From: a virus | Lineage: Duplodnaviria; Caudoviricetes | Direction: 5' to 3' (one strand) | IMG/VR virus record: IMGVR_UViG_3300029914_000023 | Location: 908-64,907 of that record | Length of the DNA stretch: 64,000 nt | Part shown: one piece after another, positions 40,048 to 48,817 of the stretch | How positions within the stretch are numbered: the stretch's first letter is position 1 | Layout of the letters: each line of letters begins with the position of its first letter | Translations under genes and position numbers: made by a program | The notes under the pieces: model-generated | The model's database searches: none | What the model saw: only the letters and a program-made list of their open reading frames with translations | Told to the model about the DNA's origin: nothing

Positions 40048-41342
40048 GTCGCGCTCATCCCATTGGACTCACCCGACCAAGGGCCTTCCAGCACCCAGTT
40101 GCGTTCCACATCCTCGAAGTTCGGGAGCACAGCCTCGATGCCGCCCTCCACGATCATCTTGAATGCCCGCTCGCTGTTCGCATCACGAGTAACGCCGTCA
40201 TTGGCGAGCAACGTGTAGAACATCGACATGTGTTTGGTCACATATTCGCGTGCTGCTTTCACGTCGCAGAAGTTCACGATGTCACGAGCCGCCTGCTCGT
40301 CGATGTCAAGGTGGCTCCGATAGCCCGCCTTGCCCACCTTCAAGCCCGACCGCACGAGGTTGAGGACCAGATGCGCCACTTCAGGAGCCGCCAGCCACGC
40401 ATTCGACAGGACTCGATACTCCAATCCGTGCTTCGGCTTGCGATACTCACCGGCCCGGCCATAGAACTGCCGACGAACCGGAGTGTCCAGCGAAGCGAAC
40501 ATCGCCACCGCAGGAATCGCAGCAATCACATCACACGCCCGGACCATCTCAGCCGCATCCTCATCGTTCAGAGGCGCGATGCCAAAGTGAACATGCCCGC
40601 CAGCAAAGCGCAAGCGGAAGTCCCGTGCCGCCACCGGAAGCTCAGGGTTATCGCCATACGCATTCAGCGAAGGCATACAGCCCAAAGCGATGTCCTCGTC
40701 AGCCGCGCTGTTCATCGTGATGGCCGGAATGGTGAACGTGTTCTTCACCGTAAGCTGTGCCGTCCGATCAAATGCGCGAGCCGCCTTGATGACACTGTTG
40801 AGGCCATCCCGCAGATAATTGATGAGATAGCCGTGGCAATGCACCGGATGAATGTAGCATTCCGCTGCGAAGCCATCCCGATAGGAGTACGCCGTCAACC
40901 GGGAATCAATCGATCCGAACGAGGGCTTGATGTGGCTGTACTTCTTCTGCTGTTCTTCCTGCTTCGGAAGATACTTGAACGCTGGTAGCAAAGACTTATG
41001 GACCTTGCCACGAACCACGAAAATCTCGGGGTCACTGCCAGTGCAGGAGTTGATCCGCTGTGACACGGACATGATATAACGGTCCTGCGGAACTTCCGCC
41101 TGATCGTACACACGCACCTGCTGCCGGACGCTGTAACCCTTCCAGCGATAGTTCGGGTTCGCGGGATGCAGGGTGAGCGGCGAAGAAAGGTTCGCCAAGT
41201 TAAAAATCTCCCCCTGCTTCAACGTATACAGGGTGCCTACGGGTTGCCAGATTCTAAGATGGTCGCCCCAGCTTCCTCCGGGATTCGGCACATCGAATAC
41301 GGCACCCTCTTCCAGTTCGGTCCAGTCAATGTTACGCGACAC
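40011..41342 (-). CDS. phiEco32-like COOH.NH2 ligase type 2
   Basis: TGSDPEIF, DGFAAE, GC.P..NAY, AGGHVHFG, RRQFYGRAGEYR, LEYRVLSN. Confidence 0.9.
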   Translation of the reverse strand: MSRNIDWTELEEGAVFDVPNPGGSWGDHLRIWQPVGTLYTLKQGEIFNLANLSSPLTLHPANPNYRWKGYSVRQQVRVYDQAEVPQDRYIMSVSQRINSCTGSDPEIFVVRGKVHKSLLPAFKYLPKQEEQQKKYSHIKPSFGSIDSRLTAYSYRDGFAAECYIHPVHCHGYLINYLRDGLNSVIKAARAFDRTAQLTVKNTFTIPAITMNSAADEDIALGCMPSLNAYGDNPELPVAARDFRLRFAGGHVHFGIAPLNDEDAAEMVRACDVIAAIPAVAMFASLDTPVRRQFYGRAGEYRKPKHGLEYRVLSNAWLAAPEVAHLVLNLVRSGLKVGKAGYRSHLDIDEQAARDIVNFCDVKAAREYVTKHMSMFYTLLANDGVTRDANSERAFKMIVEGGIEAVLPNFEDVERNWVLEGPWSGESNGMSATWRALCRRLPTK

Positions 41343-42289
41343 TGAACTATCCTCCGAGGTATTCTTCTACGGGCATCTCGTCCACGTAGGTCAACGCTTC
41401 ATCCTGATACAGCAACTTCTCTGTACAGGTCGAACAATGAACAACCCCCGGCTGTGAGACACGGGGGTCGTCGAGTGGTGTTCCACATTTGGGACAAACA
41501 AGCGACACGGCCATACTACACCGCCATCGCAAGATCGTTAGCAAGCTGGCTCGCCAGAGCATACTTCGCCTGACTGAGCACCGCAGGGAGCCGCTCCGGG
41601 TCCAATCCGCCCTTCAACAGCGACTGACCGTAGTGTTCCACGAGCTTTGCCAGCAACTCTTCGATTTTCATATCGTGCTCCTTCGGCCCCATAGAGGGGT
41701 TTATAGCCTGGTGGAGTGTTGTGTCATGCCCCACAACGCTCAGGAAATCCGTCAGCGCCGCACCCCTGAAGCAACTGACGGTAAAGGAGGATCACACCAG
41801 GCTATAAACCCCTCCCTAGTTGGGAGAGGTCTCGGCTTCCACGAACTCCGGCTCAGGAACATAGTTATGGTTGGGAGTACGAAACTCTCCGCACTCGCAA
41901 CATTCGCCTTCTGTATCCCAGCAGGCACAATGACGATGGCAGTCCCGAGGGGTATCAGGTTCCTCTGAGTCCAGAAGAACTCTGATCGCTTCCTCCGGAT
42001 TTTCCGGAAACGGACCGTACATCTGGTAGCTCCTTGAACTTGTAGTAGAGATGCCGCTTTTCGTGCGTAATCTCTTCACAATTGCGTTCAATCCAGTCCA
42101 TCGCGTGCATACTAACGATAGCAAGATCAACAAGGTACTCACAGGTCAGCACGTCGAGGGAGGTAAGGGGATGGAACAAGTTCGTATCGTCCCGGTCCTG
42201 TCTCGACACGTTGAAGAGGACATAACCCCATAAATTCGGGGTTAGGTCGATCCGTACAATAGAAGACTGAAAGTGGGCTATAGAACGAC

Positions 42290-43639
42290 TCATGCCAGTT
42301 CTCCGAAGGCGTGTTCGTAGGCAGTGATGTAGTCAACAACGGCTTCACTCCAACCATCAATGTGATGGTAGTCGCCGTAGCAGACCCCGTTCTGGTAAGA
42401 AGCCACGTTGATGACGTAGCCCTTCTTGCCTTTACCCGGAGCGGGGACTGCCGTGTGCGACTGCTCGTCCGTGATGATGATAAGACGGTCGAAGCCTTCG
42501 GTCTTGGCAATGGTCACAGCGCGATCTGTGTTGGTCCCGCCACTGTGCCCGGAGTTCTTGATCGCATCCGCCAGAGCAAAGCCCCGACGCGGACGGATAA
42601 GACCCGCCGTCGAACCGAAGACAACCAATTGAACCTCTTCGCAGATTTCGCGCAGCAGCATGGCCAATCCTACCGCCGCATCGACACGCTGAAGTTCCGA
42701 CTTCATTGAAACCGGGCAACACATACTGCCCGAGTTGTCCACGCACAGCACAGTCTTCCCCGGCAGCTTCGGATGCCCCTGCAAGCAGGAGAACATCGCA
42801 GCTTCCAGTTCCGGCTCCAGCTTCGGAGCGTACCGTGCAGCCGTGATAAAGCGAAACGGAAGGACGCGCTCAGTGTTCATCGTCTTCAGGCCGTCACGGA
42901 TGGCCTCCATCGGAACACCAGCTTCCGTCATATTCCGCAAGTTGCGCAGCAGAGCCAACGCTCCGAGCTTCTTCTCCGCAAGGAGCCGCTCGAAGGTGCC
43001 CTTCTTGTCGGCACCACCCGAAAGCTGGACTTCCCATGTGTCTGGGGTTGTCAGCTTCCCGTCGATGAGCCGCTTCCAGAGCGCGTCCTGCTCGTCCCCC
43101 TTCGGTTTCGCATGGATAAGGAACAGCACATCGCGCAGTTTGATAGCGTCTCCCTGCCGGTCATACTTGGCCAGAGAGAATTCGTCGAACTTGCCAAACG
43201 CTCGCGCCAGACCCTTCTTCATCTGGTTCGGGAGCATCTTCTTGCCGCCCACCCAGAACAGGGAGATAAGCTCACCCAGTTCATCGGGACGGCCAATCGT
43301 GCGATAGATTGCATCCGAAAGGACCGCACGAGTCTCCTTCGTGTTGGCCCGTGCCAACGTAGCCAGCAGCCACAGCGGTGCATGGCGCAGCTTCATCGTG
43401 AAGCGAGCTTCGGTTGCCAGATCAGCCACGATCTTCTCCCCGTCCTTGCGCTTCAGAAGCTCCGCGACCTCGTGCATCATCCGGTCGGCAACGGAGATAC
43501 CATCCTCGTAGAAGGTATCCTCGAACAACATGCACGCCATAACAGTCCGGCGCAGTTGGTGGTAGGCGTCAATTCGGTCCGCTTTCGCACCTTCATGAGT
43601 GAAGATGGGCGGCTTCGCAATAGCGATGTTCGTTCGCAT
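42290..43639 (-). CDS. rsr: Ro60/Rsr TROVE-domain RNA-binding protein with vWA domain
   Basis: THEG...FEDTFYE...LAKY...TWE..LS...ALLRNLRNM...LPFRF...VDNSGSM...GGT...IITDEQ...GWSE; AAGGAG SD before ATG 43639. Confidence 0.92.
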   Translation of the reverse strand: MRTNIAIAKPPIFTHEGAKADRIDAYHQLRRTVMACMLFEDTFYEDGISVADRMMHEVAELLKRKDGEKIVADLATEARFTMKLRHAPLWLLATLARANTKETRAVLSDAIYRTIGRPDELGELISLFWVGGKKMLPNQMKKGLARAFGKFDEFSLAKYDRQGDAIKLRDVLFLIHAKPKGDEQDALWKRLIDGKLTTPDTWEVQLSGGADKKGTFERLLAEKKLGALALLRNLRNMTEAGVPMEAIRDGLKTMNTERVLPFRFITAARYAPKLEPELEAAMFSCLQGHPKLPGKTVLCVDNSGSMCCPVSMKSELQRVDAAVGLAMLLREICEEVQLVVFGSTAGLIRPRRGFALADAIKNSGHSGGTNTDRAVTIAKTEGFDRLIIITDEQSHTAVPAPGKGKKGYVINVASYQNGVCYGDYHHIDGWSEAVVDYITAYEHAFGELA

Positions 43640-43835
43640 AACGAGTCTCCTTGTTAATTGTTGACGTGAGAGGGGTTTACAGCCTGGTGCTTGGGAGTCG
43701 GGAATACCAAAGCCGTTCCTCGTATTCCTGCCGTCGTTTAAGACTCGCCGTAACGGACAGAGAGTCTCCCAAGTGCGAGTCACCAAGATTCCAATGACTG
43801 CCAGTTCGCGGGACCCACCAGGCTGTAAACCCCTC

Positions 43836-44318
43836 CTACTTCTTCGGTCTGCCCACCAGCACCAAGTTTTTGCCAGTCATACGGAGAGTGAATTGCTCTA
43901 CCGTATGCGTAGGTTGGGCCAGACGCAGAAGATGTTGAATCCACGGTGTGAACGTCCTTGTGCCGTTGTACATCACAGCGTCGGGCTTCACACAGCATGG
44001 GCACACCACGAATGGAACCTTGTTCCTCGCGGCGTACATAATGATGTGGTCGGTTGCCTCGTCCGGGTGCATCCCCAAGACGAGCGAGTACCGATCCATG
44101 CAATCAAACTTGAAGTAACCCCACTTCTGTCCGGGGCGACCCTTGGACAACCGGTGCCGTTTATCAATGACGGTCACATGCCGGAAGCCGTGTTCATACA
44201 AGGCCATGCGGAGGTAGCCTTTACCACCTGCAACGTCGGCGACCTTGGCTTGTACATGCTGGGGGAACTGGGAGGCTACCAACTTAGCCATCAAATCGAA
44301 ACGTCGGCGGTCTCCCAT
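43836..44318 (-). CDS. SAM-dependent methyltransferase
   Basis: VADVAGGKG motif I; GMHPDEAT...VCPCC; GGAGG SD. Confidence 0.75.
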   Translation of the reverse strand: MGDRRRFDLMAKLVASQFPQHVQAKVADVAGGKGYLRMALYEHGFRHVTVIDKRHRLSKGRPGQKWGYFKFDCMDRYSLVLGMHPDEATDHIIMYAARNKVPFVVCPCCVKPDAVMYNGTRTFTPWIQHLLRLAQPTHTVEQFTLRMTGKNLVLVGRPKK

Positions 44319-44333
44319 ACTTCCTCCTGATTC

Positions 44334-44475
44334 ATTGGGTGGAACAGGCGTAGCAGTAACGTAGCGCTTTGCCAATTAAGCTACAGTCCCCATTGATTTT
44401 GGGGGGACCGACAGGACTCGAACCTGCAATCTCTCTATTAACAGTAGAAGTAACTGCCACTATCACCAACCCAAT
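44334..44475 (-). ncRNA. YrlA-like Y RNA containing a circularly permuted tRNA domain
   Basis: Terminal stem AUUGGGU/ACCCAAU plus GUGGCAGU/ACUGCUAC encloses an anticodon-like arm, T arm (GCAGG-UUCGAGU-CCUGU), loop-closed acceptor stem (CGGUCCCC/GGGGACUG) and D arm. Confidence 0.85.
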
Positions 44476-44479
44476 CTCT

Positions 44480-44565
44480 TTCCGGTGGAATAAGCGCAAC
44501 GGTACATTTTTTGTCCTGGGTTAGAGGACATTTTTCAGAAGTAACCGTTACTTCACCAACCGGAA
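44480..44565 (-). ncRNA. Y-RNA-like ncRNA 2
   Basis: Same bipartite terminal stem and GUUACUUC motif. Confidence 0.75.
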
Positions 44566-44624
44566 TCCTGTTACCTCGGCATCCCACTTCTGCTGATGGG
44601 GTGTCATGGTTGCACCAGAAGTCA

Positions 44625-44697
44625 TGAGCGGAGAACTGGCGATGCGGCACGTTTTATCGCCCAATGATGAAGTAACCGCATCTTTCACTACCGCTCA
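44625..44697 (-). ncRNA. Y-RNA-like ncRNA 3
   Basis: UGAGCGG/CCGCUCA and GAUGCGGU/GCCGCAUC stems; UAGUGA / GUUCU internal loop. Confidence 0.8.
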
Positions 44698-44702
44698 ACT
44701 CG

Positions 44703-45074
44703 TTACAGGGCCTCGACCAGAACGCGAACGGTCCTGCCCGTGTTGTGATTCTTGACGCGCTGGATTGTGTCCTTGGCCTGATTGGTTGCCCGTTTCAGGT
44801 TGTCCACGTTGACGGTCAACGCGCGGAAGTCGGTTCCAGGGAGCTTTTTGCCCCAGGTCTTGCCAAGGGGAGCGCCCCCGAGTGTGAAGCCTGCTGCCTT
44901 GAGGGGCAGCGCCGATGTGCGGACCAGCAATGTGAGCGCACGGTGAGTCGGGGCATTGGCGGCGGCGAGGATAAAGTCATTGTTTGCCTTCGCTTCCTTC
45001 CCTACACGAACGGCGAATTCGTCGTTCACGGTGGTTGTGAATCCGTAAGCGCCAGGTGCTTTACGTTTGCACAT
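44703..45074 (-). CDS. Hypothetical basic protein inside the Y RNA array
   Basis: AAAGGAG SD before ATG 45074. Confidence 0.55.
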   Translation of the reverse strand: MCKRKAPGAYGFTTTVNDEFAVRVGKEAKANNDFILAAANAPTHRALTLLVRTSALPLKAAGFTLGGAPLGKTWGKKLPGTDFRALTVNVDNLKRATNQAKDTIQRVKNHNTGRTVRVLVEAL

Positions 45075-45096
45075 GGTATCTCCTTTGGGTTCAATC

Positions 45097-45167
45097 ATTC
45101 CGAGAGAACAAACGCTGCGGTCGTTTTTCATTGCGAGTGAAGTAACCGCAACTACACTACCCAGAAT
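45097..45167 (-). ncRNA. Y-RNA-like ncRNA 4
   Basis: AUUCUGGG/CUCGGAAU and GUUGCGGU/ACCGCAGC stems; same conserved loops. Confidence 0.8.
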
Positions 45168-45172
45168 CTTTA

Positions 45173-45260
45173 TGCCGGAGAACAGGCGGAACAGTTGCCC
45201 CCAGCCGAAGCTGGGATTTTCGCCAAATGAAAGAAGTAACTGTTCCTATCACTACCGGCA
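45173..45260 (-). ncRNA. Y-RNA-like ncRNA 5
   Basis: UGCCGG/CCGGCA and GGAACAGUU/AACUGUUCC stems; extra UUCG tetraloop hairpin. Confidence 0.8.
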
Positions 45261-46069
45261 AGCTCGTTATTTGCAGGTGAACTGTGTCTTACAACGGGGG
45301 CAGATCACCTGCTGTGCCTTCCCACGCGCCGAAACGGTGATGGGAGGATTGTCATTCGGTTTGTCCCGCTGGCAGGAGGGACAGTACGCCACCCAGTGAT
45401 GTCCGGGCTTGATGTTCTTCGGGTTCTTCGCAGTTGCCATGATGTCTCCTTAAAGCGGTGGGTGCTTTCATCCGTTAGGAAGTGGCGAGAGTCAGCCTCA
45501 GCACCCATAATCTTCACACCCCTCTAGGGCCTTATCGCCCTAGAAGCTATTCCCCAAACAGCGAGGTCGGTTCCCGTCATTAGCGGGGCCTAGAGGGGGC
45601 AAACCTTACCAGAGGCACTTTGAGCCACAACTAAGGCCACGAAACATCCACAGTCCAAGTGACGGCACCAAAGGCTTGGTTCGGTTTGGGGACTCAAACC
45701 TTTTTGTGGGCCACATGCCAGTCGGGGCAGTAGCGACAAGCATACGCTACCATCTCCTCTTCTGGATGCAGCTTCTTGAGTGCTCGAATGTGGGCCTCAG
45801 CCGCTCCCTTGCTTCGGTGAGGATGCTTCCGAGCGCAAGAATGCTTCATATCGCGGTAGAGCAGCAGTCGGCCTACACTCATTACAGGCCCCGCTTCTTC
45901 AGCGCATCCTTCTTCTTACGCTTAAGAGCGCGATATGCTTCCTTCTCCTGCTGCGGGGTGTCGAACTGCTTCCCCGTTCTCTTGCGATCACGCTTGGCAG
46001 CGGCTTTGGTGCCGTACCGACGACGAGCAGCTTTCCCTGTTGCGGTTGCCATGTTGTCTCCTCCAAACT

Positions 46070-46144
46070 TGGGGTGTACGGCAGGGGTCGAACCTGCATG
46101 ATCGAGTGCCACAGACTCGCGCCTTACCGGTCGGCCACGCACAC
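46070..46144 (-). tRNA. tRNA-His(GTG)
   Basis: Loop CT-GTG-GC; GGTTCGAC T-loop; C73 and CCA. Confidence 0.9.
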
Positions 46145-46403
46145 TTAAAGGGTGATCTTGATCTCCGTACCCTTCGTAACTCTCTCGAATCCATGTGTGG
46201 ACATGAATCCATTCTCGCCGCAACCCCGAATCGTCCCCTCTTTAAGGTTGAAAGTCACAAAAGACGTAGGGCCAGTCCGAACAATAATGGTCTCGGAGTC
46301 GTCGATGTCGGAGTGGGAGCGTACTGCTTCTCCCACTCGCAAGTCCTTCAGATGAGCCACCGGAACAGGACCGGTACTACATGTGATCTGCATGATACTC
46401 CTT

Positions 46404-47579
46404 TTACGAAGGATCATCGTCATTGTCCCTGTACGACGGATTGAGGAGCTTCACGATCAACGGTGTCCCGTTCTCCGTGAACTTCAGTTCCTCGTGCCGA
46501 AGTACAACGCCCTTACGGATATGCAGCGCCTTGCCGCTCACCGTCTCGTCTCCGCTACGCAGCGGAAGAATCGTGTTGAGATCATACTTGCCCTGATAAA
46601 TCAGCGGCACCCAGTTCGGGAAATAGGTATGATACCCTGCATCAGTACCGTTCATGATAACGCGAAAGGTCAGCACGGTCACATGATCCTTACCGTAACT
46701 GTATCCCTTCTGGAACGGAATGACTTCACCGAACACTTGGAACTCCGTGTCCGAATCCTTGGGCCAGTTGCTCAAGTATCCAATGATGCCGGAGTTGTAC
46801 GCTGCCTGCCAATACATATTACGAGCAGGCTTGATGCCCTTGGCCTTGCGGATCAGCCAGTGAATGAGGTTGCGAACCCGTGTGGTGAACTTACGGCCAT
46901 ACCACCACGGATCGGCCAGAATCTCCTCAATCACAAAGCCGCGCTCCGATGCGCCCTTGGACGAAACTGTGATAACGTCGTTGCGGTCACGAGCAATGCA
47001 AATCTGCGAGCCATGAATCTTCTCCGTCACCGTAACGATGTCGTCCGGCTTGAAGTAGGACTCGAAGATGCGGAACTGCTCCACATCGTGCGTATAGAAT
47101 GTCTTGAACGAAGACACAGACTCACGCGGCACCCAACCAGTCGCCGCACCACGTCCACGTCCGTCGCGCTGGACTGCAAGCTCGGGGAAATACTCCGTAA
47201 TCCCCAGCAGCCCCGAAATGTCCTCACCCAACTGCCATTCCCAAGCATCATGCTCGTTGAACAGGCTGTCGAGCTTGTCTCCCACCCAGTCAGAGGGCAA
47301 CACAACGCCCTCGCTGAGTTCACCGCGTAGCCGAATGCTGCGTACACGGTTCGCTTCGGGTCCACCCAGATAAGATGCTCCGTTCGGACCCACATAGAGC
47401 TTGGCTAAGTCTGGCGGAAGAATGCTCCTCTTCGGCGCAAAGACGATAATCTCTCCACTCTTGTACTCGTTACGACCCACCACAACCTGATAGTCTCCGA
47501 GTTTTCCAAGAGCCAGCCGATCAGCGTTAGGGTGCGGGAATAGCTCAATCGCACTCGCAAATACCTTCCAATTACTCAT
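46404..47579 (-). CDS. RNA ligase, DRB0094/Rnl5 family
   Basis: N-terminal OB domain (HPNADRL...RLRGELSEG); TEKIHGS, VFGEV, KGVV, VKLLNPSY. Confidence 0.85.
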   Translation of the reverse strand: MSNWKVFASAIELFPHPNADRLALGKLGDYQVVVGRNEYKSGEIIVFAPKRSILPPDLAKLYVGPNGASYLGGPEANRVRSIRLRGELSEGVVLPSDWVGDKLDSLFNEHDAWEWQLGEDISGLLGITEYFPELAVQRDGRGRGAATGWVPRESVSSFKTFYTHDVEQFRIFESYFKPDDIVTVTEKIHGSQICIARDRNDVITVSSKGASERGFVIEEILADPWWYGRKFTTRVRNLIHWLIRKAKGIKPARNMYWQAAYNSGIIGYLSNWPKDSDTEFQVFGEVIPFQKGYSYGKDHVTVLTFRVIMNGTDAGYHTYFPNWVPLIYQGKYDLNTILPLRSGDETVSGKALHIRKGVVLRHEELKFTENGTPLIVKLLNPSYRDNDDDPS

Positions 47580-47987
47580 GATTGAATAGCTCCAACGGAA
47601 GTTCTCCCGCCGTATTCAAGTGATTCACGACTTACTCTTTTACTAATTTGAAATTGCCCCACTCTGGAGTGTCGTTGTGAGTTGTGAGTGTCTTTTGTGA
47701 TGCCCCAGTGGTGCGGTCGCGCTGATCGATGATGATGAAGAACCTATCGCTTTGCCAGATGTATTCCCACCATCCAGAAACAGTGCGTTTACCGTTAGTC
47801 CACCGGGCTTTGTGCATTCGGTCTGTTCGCGGTCTAAACATCATCTCACCAAGCCCCAACGAGTTGCACCCTCAGAAGGAGAATAGCAGATCATCCATTG
47901 TTCCTTCCGACGCGGCTTACCCACTCGACGCCCGGCAAGTACATCTTCAATCTGCCACTCAACCTTAGATCTGTTATTGAAACATGC

Positions 47988-48404
47988 TTACCCTGTAGTC
48001 TCCGCAGCCCACTTCGCAGACTTCGCAGCATACTTCGCAGCAGCCTCCGCAGCAGACTCCGCATACTCCGCAGCAGCCTTCGCAGCAGCCTCCGCAGCAT
48101 ACTCCGCATACTCCGCAGCACGCTTCGCACGCTCCGCAGTCTCCGCAGCCTCCGTAGTCTCCGCAGCCCACTTCGCAGACTTCGCAGCATACTTCGCAGC
48201 AGCCTCCGCATACTTCGCAGCATACTCCGCATACTCCGCAGCACGCTTCGCACGCTCCGCAGTCTCCGCAGCCTCCGTAGCCTCCGCAGCCCACTTCGCA
48301 GACTTCGCAGCATACTTCGCAGCATACTCCGCATACTCCGCAGCACGCTTCGCACGCTCCGCAGTCTCCGCAGCCTTCACACGCTCCGTAGTAGATTCTG
48401 CCAT
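47988..48404 (-). CDS. Ala/Glu/Tyr/Lys tandem-repeat protein
   Basis: GAAGGAGG SD; about three repeats of AAETAERAKRAAEYAEYAA...KYAAKSAKW. Confidence 0.6.
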   Translation of the reverse strand: MAESTTERVKAAETAERAKRAAEYAEYAAKYAAKSAKWAAEATEAAETAERAKRAAEYAEYAAKYAEAAAKYAAKSAKWAAETTEAAETAERAKRAAEYAEYAAEAAAKAAAEYAESAAEAAAKYAAKSAKWAAETTG

Positions 48405-48784
48405 AATGTGCCTCCTTCAGCTACAAACTTAACGTGTGGAGCAGGCTGGTTTGCCTGCATCTTCATTCTCCCCAGCAGCCCTATCCTTATCAGATAAGGG
48501 CAACAGGATACGACCAGTCCCGCCGCAGCGAGAGCAGGTATAGACGTGACACTTCTCACGCAGATCAGCGTTCACATACCGACGCAGCAGCTTGCCCTTG
48601 CCAGAGCAAGCCAAACAAACTGTTAAGGGCATGGTGCGCCTCCGACGAGGGGTTATAAGCCTGGTGGAGCGGCTTGGTGGAGACAGACCAGCGGCTCAGT
48701 AGCGTGAAAGGAGGTCACAAAGCGCTACTCCCATACACCAGGCTTATAACCCCTCCCACCCATTCTTCAAGTAGGTTTTACACA

Positions 48785-48817
48785 CAAAAAAGGGACCAGG
48801 CGTGAACCTGATCCCTA
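48785..48817 (-). terminator. Intrinsic terminator
   Basis: AGGGATCAGG/CCTGGTCCCT hairpin followed by a T run on the minus strand. Confidence 0.65.

Noticed and set aside
43640-43786. 49-aa N-terminal extension of Ro60
   Set aside because: Runs through the motif-bracketed structured element; strong SD precedes ATG 43639
44400-44472. Stand-alone tRNA-Asn(GTT)
   Set aside because: The linear 5' acceptor strand pairs poorly; the true 5' strand and D arm lie downstream, so it is part of the permuted YrlA-like RNA
44440-45260. GAAGTAAC repeats as a CRISPR array
   Set aside because: Repeats are short, degenerate and irregularly spaced, each part of a folded RNA; no cas genes
35008-47330. Long plus-strand ORFs (35008-35928, 40230-40988, 42773-43657, 46383-47330)
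   Set aside because: Antisense shadows of well-supported minus-strand genes
47891-48497. Cys-rich and Arg/Leu-rich ORFs in the repeat region
   Set aside because: Alternative-frame shadows of the tandem repeat with no SD
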